Source of the DNA: Marsupella aquatica | Taxonomy: Eukaryota > Plantae > Marchantiophyta | Reading direction: 5' to 3' | DNA length: 64,000 bases | Assembly (NCBI GenBank): GCA_973895155.1 | Contig: OZ316892.1 | Coordinates: 23,103,168 to 23,167,167 of the forward strand | Part shown: piece after piece, positions 1-12,692 of the stretch | Numbering within the stretch: position 1 is the first letter of the stretch | Layout: every line of letters starts with the position of its first letter | Made by a program: the position numbers and the translations under genes | Notes under the pieces: model-generated | What the model saw: the letters and a program-made list of their open reading frames with translations, nothing else | Told to the model about the DNA's origin: nothing | Database searches by the model: none

Positions 1-2694
1 ATGGGGCTCTTCTCCTATATATGGCGAGCAGCATTTACTAATAGAAAGAACCAAGGTTGAGACTGCAAGTTCCTGAATACTCTATTACCCATTTAAAATG
101 ACATTAGCAGGAGGTCCCAGGATTACTAACAAGAATTGTACTTCACTCCTTAATGTCTTTCTAACTGCTAGCCACTTAATTGCAATCAAGTCGGCTATAT
201 CATAGATGGACGCTGTGGAATTTGAGGAAAAACTGCATGTGAGCACTCCTTTGTGAGAATTTCATGGTGACTAGTGCCCCGGCTAGGCCTTTTGAATTTA
301 ACTTATAGGACAACTCCTGGGAATGAACCATCTACTGTAGCATAATTGATCATTCAGATTTCTTTTGAATAGTCCATGGATCATTGTAAGCAGCAATTGA
401 TGCATGCAACCTAAATTTGAGTGATGTCCATTTGGATCAAGCTAGAGTGAAATACTCAGATTATTCTTTAGTTAACTTCAATGACTACGTATTTCCTGGC
501 AGGAAGAAACTTTACTGGCGTGTAACCTTTTCTACAAGGTGTTACCATTTCCATAACCCTGTGCCCGGAAATTTTTACCTGGTAATCTTTTTTCCGGACA
601 TATATTACGTATGACTGTTTGGGTTGGGGTTCTAGTCTGAAACCTGTTCCCACAGAGCTCAAAAAAACTTCCTGGCTGCTGCCAGTCGGCATTTCCTCAC
701 TTTCTGGTTACAAGGTTACAGGCTAGTAACCCCATAGCAAACCGTCATTACCCTAGACTTTAAAATTATAGTCGCTATCAGCTGTAGTCAAGCTTGCTTT
801 CAAATCAATTGTAGAGTTGATAATATTGGTTAGAAAGCAAACTCAAGATTGGATTGGTAAGCTTCAAGTATTATTTGGTGGCTACTCTACTAACGGATAG
901 TAAAGATACATCCAGTATTTTCTCATATGTGGTGGTTTGTTGGGAATTTTTAAAAGTGGTGAGGTGGATTCAGGCTCAAAATTTCCCCAGGGGTTCTGTT
1001 GAGTAACTTGCTCAGGACAGAGGATTTTGGGATCCCATCCAAATGAATCTGAAGCTTGGCTGGCAGGTCTGAGCTCTTGCCATACAACCCCATGGACCTT
1101 ACCACCCTTCGTGCTTCTGAAAGCTTTTGAGCATATAAAATCTGACCTTCAATATTTCCCTTGATATTGAACCCAATTGGGTACTCTTGTCCTCATTTGG
1201 AAGTAGCTTGGAAAGAAATTTCTTACTAGAGAGTCTAATTAATATAGTCAGCTTTCATTTTGAAAAATAGAGAGCTACAAGTTTTCAAAGAATACGCCAT
1301 ACTTCACTGCCCACATTCATGCTTTCACAAGTTTTTGAGCAGCTCACTTGAACCTTCAATATGACACATCAGCATGATTTCAATTGATATCTCAATTGAC
1401 AACAAAATTCCCACAGTTCAGAAGAGGTTTGGGCGGTAATTAAGGGAGGGGAGGAGTCCAACAAAATAATATATATCACACACAGTGATTCCACCTCACT
1501 GAAAAGTATTGTCTTTGGCTAAAATTTGCTGGGGATTTTGTCTTCCATTAGCCAATTTCCTAACCCCTGGCCACAGACTCCATTAGACAGAATCTGATGG
1601 TTATCCTTAAATCTATGGAGACGTAAAGGTCAGAAATTAATCTGTGAAAATTAAAAGAGGAATATTCTTAGCATCTTCTCCTTACAACAAGGTGATGTTT
1701 GCCACCCCTTGTGAAAAAGTAAAAACCTTGAAAATTACGCTCTATCACACTGCCAAAAAGTAAACACCAAACTTAGAGACAAGATACCAAACACAGGAGC
1801 CTGAATAAATGGCATTTTGGCCCTTTGGTCTTCCTAGTTGTTTACTTTGCAATCTCCCTTTTATAGAGTCTCTTCCTTTGGGATAGTGTCTCCTGGTTGG
1901 GCGCCTATTAGGTCTTCTGTCTTTGTTATTGTGTCTCCCTATTGGGCTCCATTTGTTTTTTGGCAGTATGATATACAGTTGGCTCTCTCTAAGGACAAAC
2001 TCCTGAAGTGCAAAACCTGGGTAAGTGCAAGTCAGAAGTCCATCCTTGACTTTTGCAATGATCCCAGATTTGCACCAAATTTGTGAGAAAAAATGAAAGA
2101 ATTAACCTCATCAAATCTCACATAAGGATGCAGCACAACTGCTGTGCCTTTGAAGGACATGCATAACCACAATATACTTCCCCTTAGCCTTAAAGTTGTA
2201 CAGGTCCACTCTATCACAAAACTAAACCTGACTCGTCAGATTCATGTTTGGTACACAATATCACATTTGGAGGCAACTTCCATAATATCAGCGAATTCCT
2301 CCCAGGTCCCCCCCTTGTACAACATCAGTAGATATTTGAAAGCAATTTCCACCTCCTCTCAAACCCCTTTGAATCCCACTTGACGGTCAGAGAAAATGCA
2401 AGTGAATCAATCTGATATTCGATGTTGTTTCGCAAACCTACAAGTTGCCCTAGTTGAGAACTAATGTATAGTATTGTCACATTCCTCTTATGAAAGAGAT
2501 TAGCCAAGATTATGGACCGAGTTCTGAAGAAGTTTTGACCATTACAGAGAGTAGCAAGAGACACATTTTGACTGTGAAATCTAAGTGATTTTGAGAACAG
2601 ATTCTGCTCTTCAGTTATTGATTTACAGTCAATCCTACCTCAGATGAGTCCCAAAAATCTTCTCATCAGGTGGAGTCTATTCAGACTATACAGC

Positions 2695-3510
2695 ACAGCG
2701 TGTTAAATCTACAACAAGTTAATGCTCCCCATTTTCTGGAGGCTCCGTACACTGCCCGTCCCAGTCCCCGATGTTGCTGCCCGCTCCCGCCCGAGTTTGC
2801 CAGAACATAAACCAAGACTCTTCTATTTTGTCACCTGCTCCGGCCCGATCAACTTTGTGCCATCGACTTTGGGTTTATGTTTTGGCACCTTTCATTTGTT
2901 GTCACTTGCTCCGGCCCAATTGACTTTGTGTCATCAACTTCTTCCTCGTGGAGTCTTGGTTTATGTTCTGAAAACACTTCTTTCCAATGGAGTCAAGTTT
3001 GTTTTGTAATAGAGTCTAAGTGTTGCAGACTGAGCCTAGTACTTTGGTTAAGAGTCAAGATTGTTAGAGTCTTGGTCAATGTTTTGCCAAATGCTTCTTC
3101 TCTATGGAGTTGTGGTTTATGCTTTGGCGACATTTATTTCCAATGGATTCATGCCTGTTTAGTAATAGAGTCTAAGTGTTAAGGCAAAGCCTAGTACTTT
3201 GGATAAGAGTCAATCATGATTAATGATAGAGTCTTGGTTTATAGTGCAAACTTGGGCCGGGGGAGTGGGCAGCAGGATTGGGGACTTGGGCCCAAGAGGG
3301 TGACAACAAGTGAAGGGTGCCAGAACATAAACCTGAAGTCGATATCACAAAATTGATCTGGCCGGAGCGGATGACAAAATGGTAGAGTATTGGTTTATGT
3401 TTTGTCAAACTCCGTCCGTAGCGGGCAGCAGCATCGGGGACTGGGACGGGCAATGTATGGGGCCCCGATTTAGTGGGGAACATTAACTTGTTGTAGATTT
3501 AACGCGCGGT
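2695..3510. mobile_element. Mutator-like non-autonomous element (MITE/foldback) with long terminal inverted repeats
   Basis: Left end ACAGCGTGTTAAATCTACAACAAGTTAATG; reverse complement of right end ACCGCGCGTTAAATCTACAACAAGTTAATG. Inverted similarity extends more than 200 bp. 9-bp TSD CTATACAGC at 2686-2694 and 3511-3519. The paralogous site at ~14400 is empty. Confidence 0.85.
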
Positions 3511-4494
3511 CTATACAGCCCAGTGAAAGGAAAGGCACATTGTAAAGGGGAACCTAATTTAACAGAATGCCACAGGTTATGTCAGTTAACCCTGGTCAGT
3601 CATGAGAGATCTTAAGGTCTAAGATTGTCACAATTAGGGGTCTTAAAGCTTCAAAACTATGGAATGGTCACAACTTTCTAACAAGGTTACCGAAAAGATT
3701 TTTTAATTTTTATTTCACCAGACTGTAGCTAGAGTGACTAATGGTATGGCATACAGGTCAATCCTTATGGACTATGAATTTTGTAATCCCTAACTTTTTG
3801 TTTCCATAACCAGTCAAATTGTAACTGGGGAATTAAGGTCCATCAATTGCCAGCTTTGAGACTCCCTATTGAACAACCCACTGGGTTCCATCACCTCCAT
3901 CGGGTTAGATTCACTCACCACCACTTCTGGTTGGCTAGGGTTAAGTCACTCAAGATGTTACTAAACAAAGTCCCATTCTGTTAATTAATATAAAAAGGTA
4001 GCAAGTACTATATTTCAGAAAAAAAAGGCTTCACTCCACTAAAACACAGAATTATATTCCTGTTACTTGGCGTGTGGACTGACGAGACCAATACCATGAG
4101 CGCAGAAGCTCCGTTCCGTCCAAGAAGAACTCCAAAACCCACACCCGCACTTTGCCCAGACGAAGACACAATCTTCGATTGCGCGAAATTACTTCAGACG
4201 AGATTGGCCGTGTGTTTGGTTCTGTGTAAATGACTGGTGCTCGGTTTCATCGGAAGGCAGCAGTCATCTCCCCCTGTGAATTGAATGCCAACTAAGATGT
4301 CAAGACCAACCCCACAACACAGGCATAGCAACTTGGGAGCGCTTTGGCAAAGCAGATCCTTTCTTTTTTCCAAATTTCCATGACGCAATTCGAAGTGCTG
4401 ATAACCCGATTGGTCTGCCCTGGAGAATTGTGGATGGGGCTCCAACGACTATTTCCCCCGTCCATTTCTTCGGCCGGCACAAGTGATTGAGAAG

Positions 4495-7400
4495 ATGGGC
4501 CTGGACGCTGAAGCTGCTTTGAGTTCCCTCCTCGCCCTGTGGAAAAGGGCGCGACAGAGGCTACAGTCTTCTAATGAAGCTAATGAAGCTCCAGCTTCCC
4601 CGTTGATTCTGCCGGAGTCAAGAAAGCCAGCTAAAAAGGTTTGCAGTATGCCCTCCTCCCGCTATGCAGGAAGGTTTAGGAAAAAGTTGAAGCTTGGTTC
4701 CGTTTTGATTGGCCAAAATTGTATGTGATCTCCCGCTATACAGGAGGTTCAGGAAAAAAAATTGAAGCTCGGTTCCGTTTCGATTTGCCAAAATTGTATG
4801 TGATCTCCCGCTATACAGGAAGGTTCAGGAAAAAAATGAAGCTTGGTTCCGTTTTGATTTGCCAAAATTGTATGTGATCTCTCTGATCATTAGATTTACA
4901 CATATTTTCTCTGATCTGTCTGATCGTGTATCTTGTTTCTTACTAATAATCAGGATCCGCGTGATCTGCAGATCAATGAGATGGTGTACCTTGTGCATGA
5001 GCCTCCCGACAAGCCACAACTGGAAGTTGTCTTCTTCCACGGCCTTGAGCTCAAGCATACCGGACAGGCGCATGTCGCAACTTGGATGTCTCGTGATGAC
5101 TCCGAATTTTGGCTGCAAACTTGGTTACATGAATCATTTCCCGATGCTAGAATCCTGACTATCTCCTATGACTCTTCTGGAGCCCTCGACATGTTTCTCA
5201 CAGCAGAGAATTTGTTGTCTTCGCTAACTATGAATGGAGGTGATGTCGGAAAGGCCGGCTGCCCAGTGATATTTGTAGGGCATTGCCTAGGAGGTTTGAT
5301 AATCAAGGAGCTTTGCTTATTTGCATCCGATACAATAAGTCGGAACAGTCGGGAAAAGTTGGGAGTACAACGAGTTCATGACCTCTTTTCCAATCTGAAA
5401 GGAATGTTTTTTTTGGGGACTCCTCAGACAGGATCAGTGCTCGGTGACCTGTTGCACGATTTATTCGAAGGCGAAGGGGCACCCATTGAAGAGATAGAGA
5501 CTCTGAAAGCGTCTAGTGCAAGAAGAAACGAACACTTCAATGACTTGAAGTCACTCCACAAGTGGGCTACTTTTGGAATAGGCGAAACACGTGAGACTGA
5601 TTTGGTAAGCCTTGTTTAGTTAAAACTTTTGGGATGCAATGGTTGTTGGGTGTTTTTTTTACCTGATATCGTCTGAACTGGGGAATCTTTCTAATGTATA
5701 GATTAGCTTACAATCATGTTGGACATCCATCGCATTAAGGTGGCAAGGCAGATGAGTTCGGTGGCCTTATTTAATTGAGCTTCCGAGTTCCTTAGTAGAT
5801 ATGCTAGTTAGACGAGGAGAATTTATTGACGTGTGAGCTGTTGTTTTTTGGAATTGTTTCAGTATATCTAATGAGGCGGGTTTGCTCTGGACCTTTATAC
5901 TGACTCTCTACTTTCTCGTTTACAGAAAATATTAAGAAAATGTGTCCATGTGAGTCCCGAAGCCTCAACAAGACCATATATGGATGGATATTACTCTGTT
6001 GATGCAGATCATTATGACATTTGCAAACCAAAGGGGAAGGATGATAGTATATTTCTTCACCTTTCACAATTTCTAACAGAGGTAAACATTTTCAACAGAC
6101 ATGGCGTAAATTTTTGAGTGATTTGTCTTGGAAGTGCAGGTTGCGAAGAACAACAGACCGGACAGGTTTAGTGATGGTCGGGTCGATGATGTAAAACCTT
6201 TCCCTTCAGTTTTGTAGTCCATCGGGTGACGTACTTTAACGCACACGATAGTCGGGACGTGTTTTTGGTACCGATATTGGCAATCCTTTGGGATGGTTGG
6301 TAAAGTTCAAACCAACTGCAATGTCATTACGTGTGTAGATTTCTGCACCCTGCAGAGGTTGTAATCGCAGAAAAATTTGGAGTTCATCTGTAGTTTGACA
6401 CTAACACAAGTGTTTAAATGGAAACATCAGATGAAAAGAGGCGGAGTACTTGAAGCAGGAGCTAAGGCAGACATTATCAGCGGCCGAGAATATGTTGTAG
6501 ATCAGGAACGCCGTGCCGAAAAGTTAGAAGAGCAGTTAGCCCAGCCAGGTATCCACACAATCTTCGTACTTGGTTTGAGCGGTGTTGGGAAAACAACCTT
6601 GGCTCAGCAGGTCTTTCGCAACCTTAGTCACAGTTATGAAGTCATATGCTTTGTATCATTGGACAACATCAATTTGACCTCAAGTCATGGAGAAGTGAAT
6701 GAACAGGTTGTGAAAGAACAGGTTGTAGCAAGGCTTGTAACACAATTGGACGAAGTGGACAGAGGATTCGAGCAGAATAGGAGCAGAATGATTTATCGTC
6801 TGAAGGGAAGGAAGGTGCTAATGGTTCTAGACAATGTGGACTTACTAGTCCAACTGAAGGCGTTGTCCACTGAGGAGTGGCTAGAAACAAGCTCAAGCAA
6901 ACTTCTCATCACCACCAACAACCCCAGGGTCATCAGCCATACTAGTACCATTTTTGAGGTTAAATACCTGAGTGAAAGCGAATCCAAAGAATTGTTCAAT
7001 CACTACGCTTTCAACGGTAAAGACGGACCGGATCATTTGAAAGACGTCATCCAGCAAGTGATAGATAAATGCGAGAATCACCCGCTGTCTTTAAAAGTTT
7101 TGGGCGGTTTTGTCGGAAATATGGGGGACCATTACAACGAGGAATGGTGGTTGGAAATTATCCGTAAGCTCCAGAGGGCCGAAGAAGTAGATGGTGGCCG
7201 TGACAGTAGAATTTTCGGCAAGTTGAAGCTGTGCTATGATAATCTTCCGCATACTGAACAAGAAATATTCTTGGACATTGCTACATGCTTTCACGCTTTT
7301 GCATTGTCCTGGGTGGAGCGCATCTGGAAGGCCCGTTGGGGTTCGACGGAAGTACCACGGGCGAATTTGCAGCGACGGTTTCTTTTTAGTAATGAGGGGG

Positions 7401-10400
7401 GCTACATAAAGATGCACCAACTGTTGAGAAATCTTGGACAGAGTATAGCATGTCCCTCTGGAACAAGTATCGACCAATGGAAACGAATACCTGAATCGAC
7501 GTCTCGATGGGAAGAGATTGAAGAAGGACAGGTACTAATTCTGCTCTTTAGACGCAATATCAACTTTTGTTGAAAATACTTCTATTCTCCTTCCAAGTGT
7601 TGAGATTTTGGTGATAGGTAGAGTACGTGGCTAGTTCTAGTCATCATGTCATCTAAGAACATTTGAATGATTGCGTCATGCAGGGGGAAATGGAGACGTC
7701 GGTTCTGTGTGTTTATTGCTGGGAGATGGACAGTTTAAAGCTTCAAGAAACGTCCTTCCTGAAATGTCATCGTCTTCAATACTTGATACTGGATTTATGT
7801 CATAGGACAACACCGGAGAGACTGGAACTTCCCAGATCCTTGGTGTATTTGAGTTTGTCACGTGGCTCGTTTACTGCTTGCCCTGTGAATTTTACGCATT
7901 TGAGGAAATTGGTGGTTCTAGAACTTTCATATTGTAGATCCATGGAATCCCTTGTCGCTGATCTCGAGAACGTGAAGGAGCTTACTTGGTTGGAGCTTCG
8001 AGGCTGCCAAAAATTGAGAGAGCTGCCTCGGGGATTATCCAAAAAACTTGAGTACTTGGGCGTGAAGGATAATGGTCTGGAGAAGCTACCGGAGGAGCTT
8101 GGGAGGTTAATAAAACTCACTCGCTTGACGGTTACCTCGCGGCAGTTAACACGGGTTCCTGAAGGTGTAGGCAACCTGGGGTGTTTATCAGAGCTGGATC
8201 TATCTTCCACAAGCTTGACCAGCCTGCCCGAGTCCATTGGTCGTCTAGAAAAATTGAAGCGTTTGGATTTGAGATGGACATTGTTGAGTTCATTGCCAGA
8301 CAGCATATGTGAGCTCAAGTTGATGAGAAGTTTCGAGGTATCAAATACAGTGTTGGCGGCGCTGCCTGAAAATATAGGTCATCTGGTGAACTTGACGGAA
8401 TTGGGCTTGCACGAAACATGTTTGAAGTGGCTTCCTGAGTCAGTGGGGGACCTCTGTAAGCTGACAAAGCTAGATTTGCGCCACAGTCGGTTAGAATCTC
8501 TACCCAATTCCATCGGAGGGCTTATAAGCTTGGAGGAATTAGACTTGAAGAACACTTGTTTGAAGTGGCTTCCTGAGTCAGTCGGGGACCTCTTTAAGCT
8601 GAGGAAGCTGGAGTTGCGCAACACTCCGTTAGAATCTTTACCGAATTCCATCTGTCGGCTTATAAACTTGGAGGAATTAGACTTGGATAACACTTGTTTG
8701 AAGTGCCTTCCTGAGTCAGTGGGGGACCTCTGTAAGCTGAGGAAGCTGGAGTTGCGCAACACTTCGTTAGAATCTGTACCGAATTCCATCTGTCGGCTTA
8801 TAAACTTGGAGGAATTAGACTTGGGTAACACTTGTTTGAAGTTCGTTCCTGAGTCAATGGGGGACCTCTGTAAGTTGAGGAAGCTGGAGTTGCACAATAC
8901 TCCGTTAGAGTCTCTACCGAATTCCATCGGTGGGCTTTTAAACTTGAAACGATTAGTCTTGCACGACACGTGTTTGAAGTGCGTTCCTGAGTCGGTGGGG
9001 GACCTCTGTAAGCTCAGGAAGCTGGACTTGCACAATACTCCGTTAGAATCTGTACCGAAATCTATCGGTCGGCTTATAAACTTGGAGGAATTGGACTTGG
9101 AGAACACTTGTTTGAAGTGCCTTCCTGAGTCAGTGGGGGACCTGTGTAAGCTGACGGAGCTGGACTTACACAACACCCGGTTAGAATCTGTACCGAATTC
9201 CATCGGTCGGCTTATTAACTTGGAGGAATTACACTTCGAGAACACTTGTTTGAAGTGCCTTCCTGAGTCAGTGGGGGACCTCTGTAAGTTGAGGAAGCTG
9301 GGCTTGCGCAACACTGCGTTAGAAGCTGTACCGAATTCCATCGGTCGACTTGTACACTTGGAGGAATTAGACTTGGGGAAGACTTGTTTGAAGTGCCTTC
9401 CTGAGTCAGTGGGGGACCTCTGTAAGCTGACAAAGCTGAGCTTGCACAACACTCCGTTAGAATCTATACCGAATTCCATCGGTCGGCTTATAAACTTGGA
9501 GGAATTAGACTTGGAGAAGACTTGTTTGAAGTGCCTTCCTGAGTCAGTGGGGGACCTCTGTAAGCTGAAGAAGCTGGACCTGCAGAACACTCCGTTAGAA
9601 TCTGTACCGAATTCCATCGGTCGACTTATAAACTTGGGGAAATTATACTTGGTGAACACATCCTTAAAGTGCCTTCCTGAGTCAGTGGGGGACCTCTCTA
9701 AGCTGACGACTCTGGATCTGGACTGCACTCCGTTAGAAACTGTCCCGGATTCCATCGGTAAACTTGAATCTCTACGCTGGTTGTCTTTGCGTGGCACTCA
9801 GCTAAGGACGCTTCCAAGGACCATAGGAGATCTGAATCTATCTACTTTGCTGGTAAGCTCCACCAATTGGAGGGCATGGCCGTCGTCAGTCGCATTGTTA
9901 AAACTAGAGTTACTTGAAGCACCAATTAGCTCAATTTGGTCTAGTCGTGAAGCAGCTTCTTCGTACGAGGAAGTGGAAGGTGAAAGAGAGGACGGTCTTT
10001 CATCAAATCTGACGTCAGAGCAAGAAGATGGCCAAGGCGAAGAAAATGATGCATCCTGTTCCGGCTCAGAGCAGATTGAAGATCAACTAGAAGAGGATTC
10101 TGTCCTTCAAACTGACGCGACATACGTCTTCAAGATATATTCTCGTGCCTTTCAGAATGTGTCTCGCCTAAGATTAAATGGCAGATGTTGCCGGCAATCG
10201 TGGCTTCAGCCTCTGTTTCGTGCAATGCAGCAGGAAGGGCCATCCCTTGTGTATCTGCATTTGGAAGACTTCGTCTTTGCAGAGGAGATCCCTTGTGAAA
10301 TCGGAACATTGATGGGTTTACAGTACTTGTCTGTGACCGGTTGGAGCAGACTTCTGGAGTTGCCCGCGTCCTTGGGCGAGCTAGACTCCCTGGAATATCT

Positions 10401-11031
10401 GTATCTAGAAAACAATCCCAAATTACACAAATTGCCCGATTGTTTGAGTTCCTTGCCCGTCTTCCGAAGGCTCGACATCCTGCAGTGCGGGAGCTTGCAC
10501 AGCATGCCGCGCTCTTTCAGCCGCGAGTCTCCACTCCACAAACATTATTCAATGGATGTGTGCTCTTTGGGGAAGGACTATGGATGGTTGTCTTCTGTAG
10601 TTTCTGATTCATGGAGAATATTGCAATCCTTCTTGATGTGTTGCGGGAAGCTCGTCCCACTTAGTTTGAGTTACGTGGTTGAGTGCAACAAATTGGGAAA
10701 GGCACAGGAGAGAGCATTGAAAGCTCAAGATGGGGTTTATGAGCTAGAGAAGGAGGTGTTCATGGAGCTATTCAGCGAAGCGGATGGGCATCGTTGTAGA
10801 TGGGACACTGAGGAGCGTAGGCTCGATGAAGAAGAGTCTTCCACTTCCACATCCGCGATATCCTGTGGGTCGGAGTGCAAACAAAGAGATGATCCGGTTC
10901 ACGAAATGCGACCTTCCATGTGTCCTGTCCAAACCGTCGAACTTTGGTGCATGGCCGATTGTGATTTGCACGAGGAAGGGATTGAGGTCACTCTGTTCGA
11001 GGATCCCTTCAAATACTACCAATCCCCATAA
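4495..11031 (+). CDS. alpha/beta-hydrolase-NB-ARC-LRR (HNL) immune receptor, copy 1; predicted exons 4495-4638, 4954-5604, 5926-6081, 6431-7531, 7684-11031
   Basis: All junctions are GT..AG, phase 0, and conserved in copy 2. Hydrolase motifs VVFFHGL, FVGHCLGG, FFLGTP and DADHYDICKP (SERAC1/PGAP1-like). NB-ARC P-loop GLSGVGKTT, kinase-2 LMVLDNV, MHQ. Long 23-aa LRR array. Confidence 0.9.
4655..4881 (+). repeat. ~75-bp tandem repeat x3 in HNL1 intron 1
   Basis: The unit ctcccgctatacaggaaggttcaggaaaaa..gaagct(c/t)ggttccgttttgatttgccaaaattgtatgtgat occurs three times. Confidence 0.85.
8380..9760 (+). repeat. 138-bp (2 x 23 aa) coding tandem repeat, about 10 units, in the HNL1 LRR exon
   Basis: 'tgtttgaagtgccttcctgagtcagtgggggacctctgtaagctg...ccgttagaatctgtaccgaattccatcggtcggcttataaacttggaggaattagacttg' recurs every 138 nt. 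Confidence 0.9.
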
Positions 11032-11069
11032 GCCCTCCTATATATGCCATATATTATGCAGAGGCTGTC

Positions 11070-11350
11070 CCCTACTACCCGCTCTTTGAATGGGAGAGTA
11101 CAGTAAAATTGAGTATATTAGATTCCCCATTCTCATTCGTTTTACTACCCCCTCTTTGAATGGGAGAGTACAATAAAACTGTATATTATATTCCTTATTA
11201 TTCACATTCTGTCTACTACACCCTCTTTTGAATGGGAGATTACAACAAAGTATATACTATTCCCATTCTTTGAATAAGTATATACTATTCACATTCTTTG
11301 AAGATTAATGAAATGATAAAAAAATAATCATTTTAATATTCATACATAAC
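11070..11350 (-). repeat. AT-rich repeat with internal ~75-bp duplications, related to the 3' part of the Helitron-like element at 41542-42267
   Basis: 'tactacc(c)..tctttgaatgggaga' occurs three times. The reverse complement of 11300-11345 resembles 41980-42030. Confidence 0.45.
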
Positions 11351-12692
11351 ATACCATCCTTAAGCACACGCTATTGGAGGATACAAATCTATGCAATTCT
11401 GGAGTTGCTTGCATGAATCTAAGTTTAGTGGCACACTCCTACTGTTGGAGCTTTGTTTGGCCATCCAATGCTTGCAGGGGCAATTTAATAATTAATTTAG
11501 TTTGAATGCTGCTTAGTAGTGTTGTGAAATAATGAGGGTAAAACATGGGTGATAACTATGTAGTTAAGATTGAAGAATAGCGGGCAATTCCCCTGCAAGA
11601 CCCTGTAAAGGGAGTTTGGAGAGGGCATCAAGTTGGGTTGGTTTCAGCACACTTTATGATGAGATGGTGAAATCTGGGGGTAAACTTCACATTCTTCCGT
11701 AATTAGGGTATTAATTACAATGTTGCTACCAAAAGAGTTTGAGATTGACAAAGAAGATATGTAGGAGAAGTCCAAGGCCCTTTTCCAAGTCTTGCTGGAG
11801 GCATAAACCACCACTCTACCTTGTTAGCTCCTTCCATACTAGTAAGGACCTATCCATTAAACCACAACTACCCGTAGCTCTTATTATACAGGGTTCAGTT
11901 TCCTCATGAACGGACTTGGGCTCATTTTTTTTATAGTGAGTACACTGTTCATTGGGGGCAGGAGTGAATAGAAGTCAACACCCAATAGGGCTCTTCTATA
12001 TGGGTAGGTGTGGTTTAATAGCAATTTCCTCAAATGAAGGAACTTGTGAGAGTGCAGGGCAATGAGAGGCACCAAAACCCAAATATGAATGATGATGAGT
12101 TTACTAATAATGAGCAGCAGTTACTAATAAAAAGAACCATGGCCGAGACTGCAAGTTCCTGAATACTCTATTACCCATTTAAAATAACATTAGCAGGAGG
12201 TCCCAGGATTACTAACAAGAATTGTTACGTCACTTCTTAATGTCCCTCCAACTGCTAGCCATTTAATTGGAGTCAAGTTGGTTATACCATATATGGATGT
12301 TGTGGAATTTGAGGAAAAACTGCATGTGAGCACTCCTTTATGAGAATTTAATGGCGACTAGTGCCTCCGCTAGTGCCTTTCGAATTTTGACTTATAGGAC
12401 AACTCCTGGGAATGAACCATCTAGCATAATTGACCACTCAGATTTCTTCTAAATAGTCCCTGGATCATTGTAAGAAGACCTCCACTATTTCCCTTGATAT
12501 TGAACCCAATTTTCTACTCTTGCCCTCATTTAGAAGCAGCTTGGAAAGAAATTTCTTGCTAGAGAGTCTAATTAATATCATCAGCTTTCATTTTGAATAG
12601 AGAGCTACAAGTTTTCAAAGAATACACCATTCTTCACTGCCCACATTCATGGTTTCACTAGTTTTTGAGCAACTCACTTCAACCTTCAATAT

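Larger units (their letters stand above)
1..11070 (+). repeat. Copy 1 of a tandem segmental duplication (upstream region plus HNL gene); copy 2 spans ~11980-48960 including later TE insertions
   Basis: 1-390 matches ~12110-12480; 1145-2690 matches ~12480-14410; 3520-3665 matches 14410-14915 once the solo LTR is removed; 3660-4480 matches 41231-42790. The genes are colinear, and the match ends at 'atgcagaggctg(t)ccc' (11057-11070 vs ~48950-48964). Confidence 0.9.

Noticed and set aside
900-2600. Possible ancient hAT-like transposase remnant on the minus strand
   Set aside because: Only faint motif hints (KVHGVVWQEL, AVVLHPY) with many stops; not supportable without a profile search.
6140-6166. 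Possible micro-exon in HNL1 intron 3
   Set aside because: Not conserved in HNL2 and would break the phase.
8380-9760. Regular repeats resembling a CRISPR array
   Set aside because: The units are coding 138-bp LRR repeats without unique spacers, and the context is eukaryotic.
8379-9797. 472-aa antisense ORF (also 7800-8318 and 46153-46959)
   Set aside because: Shadow of the repetitive LRR coding strand, with no independent domain signal.
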